A DNA stretch of 64,000 bases from an uncultured Actinomycetota bacterium (GCA_963718995.1 CAVRAP010000008.1:1236-65235); one strand, 5' to 3'. Counted from the stretch's first letter, positions 39,376 to 52,530 are shown. A program made the numbers and translations. The notes: generated by a model from the letters alone, not told the origin.

Positions 39376-40632
39376 ATGATCGACCTGACCGTTTTGAGAG
39401 AAACTCCGACGGCTCTGCGCGAAGCCCTGCAACGCCGCCATTCCGATATTGACGTCGATCAGCTGATCGAGTTGGACGAGCGACGTCGGGAAGTGCGAAC
39501 CGAAGCAGAGCAGGTCCGGGCCGATCAGAAAGTGGCCGGAAAGGAGATCTCCGGCCTCGACGGTGAAGCCCGCCAGCAGGCCATTGTGAACGCCGGGCAG
39601 TTGGCCGAGTCCTACAAGCGACTCCTGACCGCTGCAGACGATCTCGACGACCAGTTCCAGAAGCTGTGGATCAACGTTCCCAATATGGCCCACCCGTCGT
39701 CACCCGACGGCACCACGGAAGAAGATGCGGTCGAGGTCCGGCGGTGGGGGAGTCCTGCCGATTTTGGGTTTCCCGTTCGGGATCATCAGGATCTGGGTGA
39801 ATCGCTCGGGATCATCGACATTGAGCGAGCCGTCCGGGTTTCCGGTTCGCGTTTTGCCTATCTGAAGGGGAGCGCCGCGGAACTGGAGCTCGGCTTGGTG
39901 CGGTTCGCCATGGACCGTCTCACCGCGAAGGGATTCACTCCTGTCATCCCTCCGGTGTTGGTGCGCGATGAGGCCCTGTTCGGTACCGGTTTCTTTCCCA
40001 CTGAGCGGGATCAGGTCTATGCGGTCGAACGCGATGAACTATTCCTTGTTGGCACTTCGGAGGTCTCGCTGGCCGCACTGCATCTCGATGAGATCCTCGA
40101 TGTCGACGAGCTCCCGATCCGGTACGCCGGGTATTCGAGCTGTTTTCGTCGGGAGGCGGGCACCTACGGCAAGGACACCCGGGGCATATTCCGGATGCAT
40201 CAGTTCAACAAGGTTGAGATGTTCTCGTTCTGTCATCCCGAATCATCGTGGGACGAACACGAGTACATGCTGTCGATTGAAGAGCAAGTTTTGCAGGACC
40301 TCGAGCTTCCGTATCGCGTCGTGAACGTTGCGGTCGGCGACCTCGGCGCTCCGGCTGCCAAGAAGTACGACATCGAGGTGTGGGTCCCCTCTCAGGAAGC
40401 TTTTCGGGAGATCACCTCTTGTTCGAATACGACCGACTATCAGGCCCGCCGTCTCCGGGCCAGGTTCCGCGACGAAGCGGGCAATCACCTGGTACACACC
40501 CTCAACGGGACGGTTGTGACCAGTTCCCGTACGATGCTGGCCATCATCGAGAACCACCAGCAGGAGGACGGTTCGGTGCGTATCCCTGCCGCGCTCCGGC
40601 CGTACGTTGGTTTCGACGCCATCAGACCGTGA
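39376..40632 (+). CDS. serS: serine--tRNA ligase
   Basis: N-terminal coiled-coil arm, class II motifs 1-3 (FRREAGTYGKDTRGIFRMHQF, GTVV...). Confidence 0.95.
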   Translation: MIDLTVLRETPTALREALQRRHSDIDVDQLIELDERRREVRTEAEQVRADQKVAGKEISGLDGEARQQAIVNAGQLAESYKRLLTAADDLDDQFQKLWINVPNMAHPSSPDGTTEEDAVEVRRWGSPADFGFPVRDHQDLGESLGIIDIERAVRVSGSRFAYLKGSAAELELGLVRFAMDRLTAKGFTPVIPPVLVRDEALFGTGFFPTERDQVYAVERDELFLVGTSEVSLAALHLDEILDVDELPIRYAGYSSCFRREAGTYGKDTRGIFRMHQFNKVEMFSFCHPESSWDEHEYMLSIEEQVLQDLELPYRVVNVAVGDLGAPAAKKYDIEVWVPSQEAFREITSCSNTTDYQARRLRARFRDEAGNHLVHTLNGTVVTSSRTMLAIIENHQQEDGSVRIPAALRPYVGFDAIRP

Positions 40633-41267
40633 ACGAGCGGGCCCAGGGCCAGGAGGTCTTCTCGGGGATCGCGGCTCGTTACGACACCCTGAACCGGATC
40701 CTCTCACTGGGGAGGGAGCAATCCTGGCGCCGGAGAGGTGCCGATCGGCTACCGCCCGGCCGGTTGCTCGATCTCGGCGCCGGGACGGGAGCAGCCCTGC
40801 CGGCTTTTGGCGATCGACACGTGGTCGCACTCGATCCGGTTTCCGAGATGCTGGCGCTCAACCCCGCCTCCGCGCGCGTTGTTGCCGTCGGCGAGGCGCT
40901 GCCCTTTGCCGACGGGTCGTTTGACGGTGTCTTCTCCGCGTTTGTATTCCGTAACCTGACGTCGATCCCTGCGACATTGCAGGAGATCGAGCGAGTGTTG
41001 CGTCCCGGCGGCAAGGTGGCTGTGATCGGATTGGGGCGACCGCAGGGTGCGGTAGCCGCAACGGTCCATCGTGCCGGTACCGCCGTGGTGCTGCCGCTGG
41101 CCGGGTCCCTCGTTGGGGCACGCCGGGAATACGCCTATCTCCACCAGTCCTTGGACAAGTTGCCACCACCGGAGGAGTTGTTCGGGTGCGGCCCCTTGCA
41201 GGTCGAGGACATATGGCGGATGGGTCCGCTCGGGTTTGTCTACGGCGCTCTCCTGGTCAAGCGCTAA
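40629..41267 (+). CDS. class I SAM-dependent methyltransferase, UbiE/MenG (demethylmenaquinone methyltransferase)-like
   Basis: VFSGIAARYDTLNRILSLGREQSWRR N-terminal signature and LLDLGAGTG motif I; GTG start overlapping the serS stop. Confidence 0.75.
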   Translation: MNERAQGQEVFSGIAARYDTLNRILSLGREQSWRRRGADRLPPGRLLDLGAGTGAALPAFGDRHVVALDPVSEMLALNPASARVVAVGEALPFADGSFDGVFSAFVFRNLTSIPATLQEIERVLRPGGKVAVIGLGRPQGAVAATVHRAGTAVVLPLAGSLVGARREYAYLHQSLDKLPPPEELFGCGPLQVEDIWRMGPLGFVYGALLVKR

Positions 41268-41409
41268 GGACCACACCGCTCCGGCAGGCTCGGACAACCC
41301 AGGTTTCCGAAACACGAGAACACGTACGGCTCATCAAAGGTGAGCGCATGTACGACCGTGCACCTGCCGTCGAATGCCACCACCCGGCGCTTTCCGAGTC
41401 GCCGGCTCC

Positions 41410-41510
41410 AGCCAGGCACTCCTGCAACACCCGGGACCGAGCGCTTAGGGCTGCTTCCTTCCGGACCTGACCCATTTCACGAAGTCCCGCCGCGCAGGAC
41501 CCGGCCTTCA
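41410..41510 (-). ncRNA. ffs: signal recognition particle RNA (4.5S / ffs), small bacterial type
   Basis: Minus-strand sequence has the invariant domain IV motif GGUCAGGUCCGGAAGGAAGCAGCC flanked by complementary arms (CCUGCGCGG...GCAGG; GGGAC...GUCCC); lies in an otherwise non-coding 380-bp gap. Confidence 0.6.
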
Positions 41511-41663
41511 ACGCTGCGTGCTCGGTGCTGACCCGAATGGCGGACACCCTCGGGCAGGGATTCGGCCCCGCTTGTAGAGGTTTTCGGGTACAGGGCACCC
41601 CTAGCGCCCCGCCTAGCACGATCGGAGAGAAGGGTACTACGTGCCTTGAAGTCATCGGTCGTT

Positions 41664-41686
41664 AGTTCTCAGTTCTCAGTTCTCAG
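41664..41686. repeat. heptamer tandem array (AGTTCTC)x3, equal to (CTGAGAA)x3 on the tRNA strand, 3' of tRNA-Ser(CGA)
   Basis: Three perfect 7-nt units; part of a ~120-nt element paralogous to the one after tRNA-Ser(GGA). Confidence 0.6.
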
Positions 41687-41788
41687 TCTGATTACTGAAA
41701 GTGAGGGGCTATCAGGCCCCGAGCGACTGACGGCTGAAAGCGGCCCGTCGGAGCGGGCCGCGAACTGAGGTCGGCCGAAGGCCGGCGT

Positions 41789-41882
41789 TGGCGGAGGGAG
41801 AGGGATTCGAACCCTCGAGGGCGGGTAAACGCCCTACGGCATTTCGAGTGCCGCGCACTAGGCCGGACTATGCGATCCCTCC
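41789..41882 (-). tRNA. tRNA-Ser (anticodon CGA), type II, CCA encoded
   Basis: GGAGGGATCGCATAGTCCGGCCTAGTGCGCGGCACTCGAAATGCCG...GGTTCGAATCCCTCTCCCTCCGCCA. Confidence 0.9.
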
Positions 41883-41967
41883 GGTGGCGAGGATTGTACC
41901 GTGGGTTCGCCTGGCCTAAGAAGCCGACGGCGTGACACAATGGCCGTAACCAGGTGAGGAGCAGCAA

Positions 41968-43179
41968 ATGGGTGGCGAGATTCGTTCCGAAGTGGGGCCG
42001 TTGCAGTCGGTCATCGTTCATCGTCCTGATCTGGAACTGCACCGTTTGACTCCGGGCAACAAGGATGAGTTGCTCTTCGATGAGCTGGTATGGGTCGAAA
42101 AAGCTCGCGAAGAGCACGATGTCTTCAGCGCAACGATTGCTCGGGCGGGGGCCGAGGTCCTCTATTTGTCGAAGCTCCTCGAAGATGTTCTGACCGACGC
42201 GGAGTTGGCGCTCGAATTTGTCGAAACTCATGTCAGTGAAGATCTGTGCGGGCGGCGTCTCGCTAATCGGGTTCGGCGCTTCCTGATCGAGTTACCCGTC
42301 CCGGAATTGGTACGCCACCTCATTGGGGGAGTAACCCTCGAGGAGGTGGGGGAGGCGCAGGGCTTGGTAGCCGCGCTCCACGGTCCCGACGATTTCATCC
42401 TGACCCCTCTCCCGAATGCGGTTTTCATGAGGGATTCGTCGGTTTGGGTGGGTGACGGCGTCATTCTGAGCCCCATGAACCGGCCGGTTCGTCAGAGGGA
42501 GACGGATCTCCTTCGCCTGGTCTATGGCCTGCATCCGTTGTTCGCAGGCACTCCCATCTGGTTCGGCGATCAGCCGGGCGAGCATTACCCCGCGTCTGTG
42601 GAGGGTGGCGACATCCTGGTGGTGGGCGAGCGGGGGCTCGCCATTGGGATCTCGGAGCGAACGACTCCATCGGGAGCGGCCGCGCTGGCAGCCCGTTTGT
42701 TCGATCAGAATGTGGTCGATCGGATTCTGGCGGTTGAGTTGCCGAAAGCCCGCAGCACCATGCACCTCGACACCGTGGTGACCATGGTCGACATCGACTC
42801 CGTTGTGCTCTATCCCAGGATCAGGCAGCAGGTGCGGTCGTTGGAGGTCACCCCCGGCGCCGAGGGGCATTTGAACGTATCGGAAGCACCCGATCTCCTA
42901 GCCGGGTTGAGGTGGGCGACGGGTCGCGGCGAGATTCACTCCATCGAGCCGCCGCTGCAGAGCGTTCAAGCCGAACGCGAGCAATGGAACGACGCCAATA
43001 ACACCTTTGCCCTGGCGCCGGGAGAGGTGGTTGCGTACGAGCGAAATGTGGCTACCAATGAAGTTCTCGAAGACGCGGGCATCACGGTGCATCGGATCCC
43101 GTCCTACGAGTTATCACGAGGCCGGGGAGGCCCCCGCTGCATGACCTGTCCGGTACGGAGGGAACCGCTGCCGCTTTAG
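41968..43179 (+). CDS. arcA: arginine deiminase
   Basis: ADI signature N-terminus (EVGPLQSVIVHRPDLEL...) and catalytic Cys (GGPRCMTCP) near the C-terminus. Confidence 0.9.
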   Translation: MGGEIRSEVGPLQSVIVHRPDLELHRLTPGNKDELLFDELVWVEKAREEHDVFSATIARAGAEVLYLSKLLEDVLTDAELALEFVETHVSEDLCGRRLANRVRRFLIELPVPELVRHLIGGVTLEEVGEAQGLVAALHGPDDFILTPLPNAVFMRDSSVWVGDGVILSPMNRPVRQRETDLLRLVYGLHPLFAGTPIWFGDQPGEHYPASVEGGDILVVGERGLAIGISERTTPSGAAALAARLFDQNVVDRILAVELPKARSTMHLDTVVTMVDIDSVVLYPRIRQQVRSLEVTPGAEGHLNVSEAPDLLAGLRWATGRGEIHSIEPPLQSVQAEREQWNDANNTFALAPGEVVAYERNVATNEVLEDAGITVHRIPSYELSRGRGGPRCMTCPVRREPLPL

Positions 43180-43637
43180 GCTCTGCGCGTTTCGAAGAAC
43201 TCCTGCAACTGGTGGGCGCATTCGCTTTCGAGGAGCCCGCCCACCAGATCGATGTGGTGGTTGAGCCTCCGGTCTTGCGGGATGTTGTACAGGCTCCAGG
43301 CGGCACCGGCTTTCAGGTCCGGGGCACCAAACACGATCCGTTCGAGACGCGCCAAGACGGCCGCCCCGGCACACATGGCGCACGGTTCGAGGGTGACGAC
43401 CAGGGTATGCCCGGTCATCCTCCAGTCGTCGCGGTTCCGGGCGGCTGCCGAGAGGACCAATATTTCCGCATGAGCGGTCGGGTCCTGCAGCTGTTCCCGA
43501 CGATTGTGATCGGAGGCAACGACGGTGCCTTGCGGATCGAGCAAGACGGCGCCGACCGGCACGTCACCGTGTTCGGTGGCCCGGCCGGCCTCTGTCAGGG
43601 CAGCTCGCATCGCGGTTTCGAGTTGGGCTTGGTCCAT
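43176..43637 (-). CDS. tadA: tRNA-specific adenosine deaminase TadA
   Basis: CDA-fold zinc ligands HAE and PCAMCAGA; 153 aa. Confidence 0.85.
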   Translation of the reverse strand: MDQAQLETAMRAALTEAGRATEHGDVPVGAVLLDPQGTVVASDHNRREQLQDPTAHAEILVLSAAARNRDDWRMTGHTLVVTLEPCAMCAGAAVLARLERIVFGAPDLKAGAAWSLYNIPQDRRLNHHIDLVGGLLESECAHQLQEFFETRRA

Positions 43638-43661
43638 GTCGCTTTACACTATGTCGCTGTT

Positions 43662-43752
43662 GGAGGGATCGCATAGTCTGGCCTAGTGCGCACGCCTGGA
43701 AAGCGTGTAGGGGGTTCACGCTCCCTCGAGGGTTCAAATCCCTCTCCCTCCG
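43662..43752 (+). tRNA. tRNA-Ser (anticodon GGA), type II
   Basis: GGAGGGATCGCATAGTCTGGCCTAGTGCGCACGCCTGGAAAGCGTG...GGTTCAAATCCCTCTCCCTCCG. Confidence 0.9.
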
Positions 43753-43858
43753 CGACGGGTCGGCCGTTGGCCGGCCCGAGTGCGCAGAGCGGCTAAGCCG
43801 ATCTGCTGTCAGTTGTCAGTCCGCTCGGGGCCGAGTGCCCCTCGCTTCAGTCGTCAGA

Positions 43859-43882
43859 CTGATAACTGATAACTGATAACTG
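43859..43882. repeat. heptamer tandem array (CTGATAA)x3 between tRNA-Ser(GGA) and tRNA-Ser(TGA)
   Basis: Three perfect 7-nt units, preceded by hairpins (GGCCG-ttgg-CCGGCC, GGGGCCgagtGCCCC); paralog of the element at 41664. Confidence 0.6.
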
Positions 43883-43903
43883 CGGTGGCGTGGCCACCGT
43901 TAT

Positions 43904-43992
43904 GGAGGGATGACCGAGCGGACGAAGGTGGCAGTCTTGAAAACTGCTGTGGGGTTCACGCCCTACCGTGGGTTCGAATCCCACTCCCTCCG
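43904..43992 (+). tRNA. tRNA-Ser (anticodon TGA), type II
   Basis: GGAGGGATGACCGAGCGGACGAAGGTGGCAGTCTTGAAAACTGC...GGTTCGAATCCCACTCCCTCCG. Confidence 0.9.
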
Positions 43993-44538
43993 CCGACCGC
44001 CTAGCTTCACGTAGCCGGATCCGAAGCGAAACGAGCACAACATCCGCTCGCACGGGATGGGGACTTCGGCGTTCGTTACCTGGGCTACTCGGGTCGCCGG
44101 GCTGGGGTACTGGGGATTGCCGGTCCTGGGAGGTGTTCAGTTGACTCGCGGCTCATCACCATCGGCCTGTTGGGCATTGCCGGTGTCGCCCTGGGCGGCC
44201 TCACCGCGGCCGTGCTGGGTGTTGTGGTGTGTCTGGTCGTTGTGACGGCCCTCAGCGTTGAGACGGTCCCACATCGGGATGCTCTCCGCCAGCTTCGGTG
44301 AGGGCGCTGCAAGACTGACGACGCACGATGACTAGAGCCAAAGGGGGCACCAAGGTTCTGTGAATCTGGGGTGTGACGGCGGCACCAAATACCTTCCCGG
44401 CGATAGCTACCACTGATCAGTGCCGACAAAGCGGATAGGTCACACCGGCGACCGGACCGTGATCAACTACCGTCTCTGTCGAGTGCTTTGAGAATTTCAG
44501 CACAGATTTGGGCAGACCGCCCGAGAGGAGATCCAGCC

Positions 44539-45348
44539 ATGCCGCTCTTTATGGACCGTCACGACACGCCGGGGGCGACGGCGGCGGAGATTGCGCAGGC
44601 CCACGCCAGTGATATCGAAGTGTCGGCGAAACATGACGTCCAATTCATGTCGTATTGGTTCGATGAGGAAAACGGTGGTGTGTATTGCTTCGCTAGGGCT
44701 CCCGGCAAAGAGAACCTGACCGCCGTCCATCGAGAATCGCACGGAATGCTGCCCAACGAGATAATCAGCGTTTCAGAAGATGACGTCTTTCGATTCCTCG
44801 GAGGGATTCATGACCCCGTGGACGATTCGGAACTCAAAAGCCCCTTCCGAACCGTTCTGTTCACCGATCTGGAAGGCTCGACGTCGCTCCTCCAGGAGGT
44901 CGGAGAAGCCGCATTCATGGTCTTGCTCACTGAACACGATCTGATCATTCGTCGTGCGCTAGTGGCTTCTCGGGGACGTGAGGTGAAGCACACCGGGGAC
45001 GGGATTATGGCCTCGTTCGAGGATGTGGGAGATGCCTTGACATGCTCCGTCGCCATTCAGGAAGGTTTTGAGGCGAGGGGGAACCAAGGAGGGACTCCGG
45101 AACTTCGAGTCCGTATCGGGCTGGCTGCGGGCGAGCCGGTCAGGCACAACGATGACATCTTTGGTTCGTCCGTGAACCTGGCGAGTCGGATCTGCGACGC
45201 TGCTAGTACCGGCGGCATTCTTGTGTCCGCTGTTGTCCACGACCTCGGGGTGGAGCAGGGGTTCTCCTTCGCAGTACCCGAAGAGCGAGTCCTGAAGGGC
45301 TTTGCCGGCCCCACCCAGGTCTTCGAGTTGGTGCCGAACCGGGGCTGA
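44539..45348 (+). CDS. class III adenylate/guanylate cyclase domain protein with an N-terminal DUF4242-like domain
   Basis: C-terminal cyclase motifs (RTVLFTDLEGSTSL, HTGDGIMASF, GLAAGEPV, GSSVNLASRI); N-terminal ~100 aa MPLFMDRHD... DUF4242-like; SD GAGAGGAG. Confidence 0.75.
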   Translation: MPLFMDRHDTPGATAAEIAQAHASDIEVSAKHDVQFMSYWFDEENGGVYCFARAPGKENLTAVHRESHGMLPNEIISVSEDDVFRFLGGIHDPVDDSELKSPFRTVLFTDLEGSTSLLQEVGEAAFMVLLTEHDLIIRRALVASRGREVKHTGDGIMASFEDVGDALTCSVAIQEGFEARGNQGGTPELRVRIGLAAGEPVRHNDDIFGSSVNLASRICDAASTGGILVSAVVHDLGVEQGFSFAVPEERVLKGFAGPTQVFELVPNRG

Positions 45349-45537
45349 GTATCGAGCATGTAGCCGATCGACACGCAGATGGGGTGTTCGTTGGCCATGT
45401 CACTGGGACAGGGGTATTGACCAGCGGTCTCATTGCTTGATCCAGGTTGACCTTGGCGGCCCGGCGGGCTGCCGGCATGCATGTCTGCCGGGCTGCGACA
45501 ATCGGGTGCAAGAAGAACCTCGGGGACCGCAACAACT

Positions 45538-46290
45538 ATGAAACGTCGACGAGCGAAGGCCTTGGAGGCTCCGTTTTCTGATTCGTGGCGCGCCCTGCTG
45601 GGCGAGAGGTTGACTTGGTGGCCGGCTCTCGACGCTACGGATCGCCTCAACATGGAGGATCTGATTCGTACCTTCCTGGCCGAGAAGCTTTTCGAAGGCA
45701 CCCGCGGATTTGAACCGACGGAAGACATGAAAGTCCTGGTCGCCGCCCAGGCATGTCTCCTGATCCTGGGTCTTGATTACGGCCTCTATCGCGACGTGAC
45801 TTCCGTGATCATTTCGCCAACGATTGTGCATCAGGCCGGGCCGCGCCATCTCGACGGCGGGATCGTCAGCGGCGACCCTACCGCTCTGGCGGGTCAGGCC
45901 ATGCTCCACGGCCCCGTCCTCATCGTCTGGGATCAGCTGTCCCGCCAATTTCGCCACCCCGGTCGAGGTCATAACGTGGTCTTTCACGAGTTTGCCCACA
46001 AGCTCGACATGCGAAATGGGGCCAGCGATGGGGTGCCACCTATGTCGGCAGAGCTGAAACGCCGCTGGGAACCGGCGCTGCGCTCGACCCTGCAACGGCT
46101 GCGGGACGGCGCACAGGTCGAGCTCGATGCGTATGCGGGCACGAATCCGGCCGAGTTGCTGGCAGTCGCCACCGAAGCATTCTTCGACACCCCCTCCCGC
46201 CTGTCGCAGGAGGAACCCGAGCTGTACGACCTGCTCAAGGCTTTCTACCGCCAGGATCCCGCCTCACGACGGGGAGACGACCGGTCCTGA
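45538..46290 (+). CDS. MtfA-family (M90) zinc-dependent peptidase
   Basis: HEFAH zinc-binding motif and MtfA-like core; internal ATG at 45538. Confidence 0.7.
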   Translation: MKRRRAKALEAPFSDSWRALLGERLTWWPALDATDRLNMEDLIRTFLAEKLFEGTRGFEPTEDMKVLVAAQACLLILGLDYGLYRDVTSVIISPTIVHQAGPRHLDGGIVSGDPTALAGQAMLHGPVLIVWDQLSRQFRHPGRGHNVVFHEFAHKLDMRNGASDGVPPMSAELKRRWEPALRSTLQRLRDGAQVELDAYAGTNPAELLAVATEAFFDTPSRLSQEEPELYDLLKAFYRQDPASRRGDDRS

Positions 46291-46520
46291 AGGCTTCGGG
46301 CGGGTCGGTCTACAACGGGAGCGAGGGCGGCCGGGCTGATCATGATGGTGAGCCGTCCCGGTTCGTGGATCACCCGTCAACCAGAGGTCAGTCCGGTCGT
46401 CGCGTCACGCTCCCGTTCTCTCTGTATGACGGAGTGCTGCCGGTTAGCCGGGGTCGAGGGTTGGAGCTTGGAGCGAGGAACTTGTAACTTGGTCAGGCCA
46501 CCGGTGAAAACCGGTGACCT

Positions 46521-46613
<93 letters not shown>

Positions 46614-46682
46614 GGTGCATGCCGTTGGCCTTGCTGGGCCGAAATCGGGGATACGGGCCTTTGGAAGGCGGTTGCCCTCCTC

Positions 46683-46850
46683 TCACCTCAGCAGCGGGCG
46701 GCCGTGGCGTTCTTCTATCTCGAGGATCGTCCGGTCCGCGAGATCGCTGGTCTGCTCGGCTGTTCCGAAGCCACGGCGAAAGTCCATCTTCACAAAGGGC
46801 GGTTGGCGCTCGCCACTGCCCTCGACCACAACCTCGCGAAGGAGCGGTGA
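46683..46850 (+). pseudogene. remnant of an ECF sigma factor (region 4 only), immediately 3' of tRNA-Ser(GCT)
   Basis: Translates as SPQQRAAVAFFYLEDRPVREIAGLLGCSEATAKVHLHKGRLALATAL, a region-4.2 HTH; no region 2 anywhere upstream; the frame runs into the tRNA. Confidence 0.5.
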
Positions 46851-47165
46851 TGAGCACCGACGACCGGAACCCGGATCCTCTCGACCGCAAGGTACAGCGA
46901 GGCGTTCCAAAGACAATCCAACCGTATCGCAGCTCACGTCGACGCCCGGGCCGGGCTCGAACACATAAAGGAGCCATCCACCATGGTCCGTCGTAATCTG
47001 ACAGCCGCTTTGGCCGGTGCCGCAGTCAGTCGTTCTGGTCACGGGCGCGGTGGTCCTGTTCAACCCGTTCGACGGGGGCGTCGACCCCGCCGGGCAGTCT
47101 TCGACAACCACAACCAGCGAGGCGACGGCATCTACCACTGAAATGAGCCGTCCGTTCCGGTAGCA
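46847..47165 (+). pseudogene. possible degraded anti-sigma factor (cytoplasmic N-terminus and a TM helix in different frames)
   Basis: MSTDDRNPDPL... starts with TGATG overlap on the sigma remnant stop; a TM-like segment (SVVLVTGAVVLFNPF) is found only after a frame change. Confidence 0.3.
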
Positions 47166-47196
47166 ACCTTTTCTGCGGAAGGTCAGTGTGTGTTCC

Positions 47197-48950
47197 TCAT
47201 CCCTGGCCGGCAACCCATTCATCGACCAGCCATTCGAGAGTCGACATGGTGACCGGGCCGGAGGTGAGGACGGTGTCGTGGAACCCTTTGATGTCGAATC
47301 GGTCCCCGAGGGCCGTGCGAGCCTTTTCGCGTAGGCGGAAGATCTCCCGCTGCCCGAGTCGGTAGGCGAGAGCCTGGCCGGGCCAGCCAACGTACCGGTC
47401 GACCTCCACTTCCGCTTCCGATCGGGCCACTGCGGTGTTCTCGACCAGGAAGTCGACCGCCTGATCGCGACCCCAGCCTTTGGCGTGCATCCCGGTGTCC
47501 ACAACCAGACGCCCGGCCCGCCACGAGTCGGCGGACAGCATGCCGAGTCGCTGCAGGTCGCTCGAGTACAAACCCATCTCGTCGGCCAGCCGCTCGGCGT
47601 ACAAACCCCAGCCCTCCATGAAGGAGGTGGCGCCCATGTACCGTTGGAAGGTGGGGATCTCCTCGAGTTCTCCTGCAATCGCCAGTTGGAGGTGGTGGCC
47701 CGGGATGGCCTCGTGGTATCCGATCGCCTCAGCCTGGAACTTCATCCGTTCGTGAGGGTCAACCAGATTCACGAAGTAGGTGCCGGGGCGTGATCCGTCC
47801 GGGGCCGGCGGCATGTAGTGCGCGGCCGGCAGATCCTTGGCCATGAACTCCGGGATGGCCGCAATCAGGCAGTCGGCTTGAGGGAGTACGCCGAACCAGT
47901 CCCCGATCGCTGCCTTGGCACGAGTCAGGATATTGCGGGCGGATTCCATGATTTCGTCGGCGGACGCGAAGCGGAGATCGAGGTCATCGCGAAGATGATC
48001 GAAGATCGCCGGCACCGAGCGGGTGCCGAAGACCTTTTCCCCAATCTCGGAGTATTCGGCTGCCAACCTGACCTCGATGTCGTCCATTCCGATCTCATGG
48101 ATCTCGTCGGGGGTCAGCTCGAGACCGGTGTGCTGGGTGACCGCGGAAGCGTAGATTTCGTCGCCGCCCTCGACCCAGGTGAGTCCGCACCGATCATCCG
48201 GTCGTGCCACAGGTAGCAATTCGCTCTCAAAGGCGTCGCGGTAACGCTGAAAGGCCGGACGGAGGGTGCCGGCGACGATGGCGCCCAGCTCGTTCCGCCA
48301 GGCCGTTTCGCCGTCCCATTCCTGCGGTCCGCCGACCGTGGCAAACATGTCCGCGTCCGGAGGGGACGCAAGGTAGCCGTCCAGCATGCTGAGGCTACGG
48401 ACGACCGTGATCCGGGCGGGTGGTCGCCCTTTCCGTATCGCTGTGCGAAAGCGATCGAACGCCTGGTCCAGGGATGCCGGAATGGCCCGGAGACGCTCGA
48501 GATAGGCCCCGGCGTGCTCAGGCTCGGGGAACATCCACTGTGATACGACATGCATCAGCGAAGCGTGGGGTGAAACCAGCTGATCGCTCTGCATCTCGGC
48601 GATCTCACTGTCAATCGCGGCTACGTTCTTCCGGCACTCTCCGATCATCACTTCCCGAGTGACTTGCTCCGCATGACTGAGGGTGGTGGGATCGATGGCT
48701 GCGGCCCGGTTGGCGAAATCGCTGAGCTGCTCGCGCTGAATCCCTTCCTGCTCCTCGGAGTAGTCCTCGATCAGGTGGTCGAACCGGTGATCTCCGAGCA
48801 TCGTTGCCGAAGACGGTGAGTTCTCCAGACCGAAATTCCACAACTCGGTGGCGAGGCGGTCGAGTTCAGGATGCATCAGGTTCTCCCCGGGGTCGCGACG
48901 GGCGAAGTCTGGCACAGTCGCAGGCAGGTCGTTCTCCCAAGACCGCCGGA

Positions 48951-48954
<4 letters not shown>
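47197..48954 (-). CDS. DUF885-family protein (putative metallopeptidase-like), co-transcribed downstream of metH
   Basis: 585-aa ORF with the DUF885 core including the AIPGHHLQ motif; 4-nt overlap with the metH stop. Confidence 0.8.
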
Positions 48955-52412
<3,458 letters not shown>

Positions 52413-52530
52413 GCCGCTCCTTCGGATAGATCGAAGAGGAGCGAAAGCGCCACCTCATCGATCAGGCCTTGGCACCGTGATCCCGGGGATCGGTTGCCGC
52501 GGTTTCGTCGGGCCTGTCCCTCCACCGCTC
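52413..52530 (-). promoter_or_regulatory. SAM-I (S-box) riboswitch in the metH leader, with an SD-sequestering expression platform
   Basis: Minus strand: CUCAUCUUGAGCGGUGGAGGGACAGGCCCGACGAAACCGCGGCAACC...ACGGUGCCAAGGCCUGAUCGAUGAGG matches S-box P1-P4 conserved positions; downstream GCUCCU...GGAGCG hairpin occludes the SD before the ATG at 52412. Confidence 0.7.

Noticed and set aside
41664-43882. Heptamer arrays as CRISPR or minisatellite loci
   Set aside because: Only three units each, no spacers, no cas genes; they are embedded in a larger conserved tRNA-flank element.
44085-44429. ORFs in the 44.0-44.5 kb gap (114 aa on the minus strand; 62 aa on the plus strand)
   Set aside because: No SD or domain support. 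One alternative frame has a TM-like peptide (LITIGLLGIAGVALGGLTAAVLGVVV) but no credible start, so it is too weak to call.
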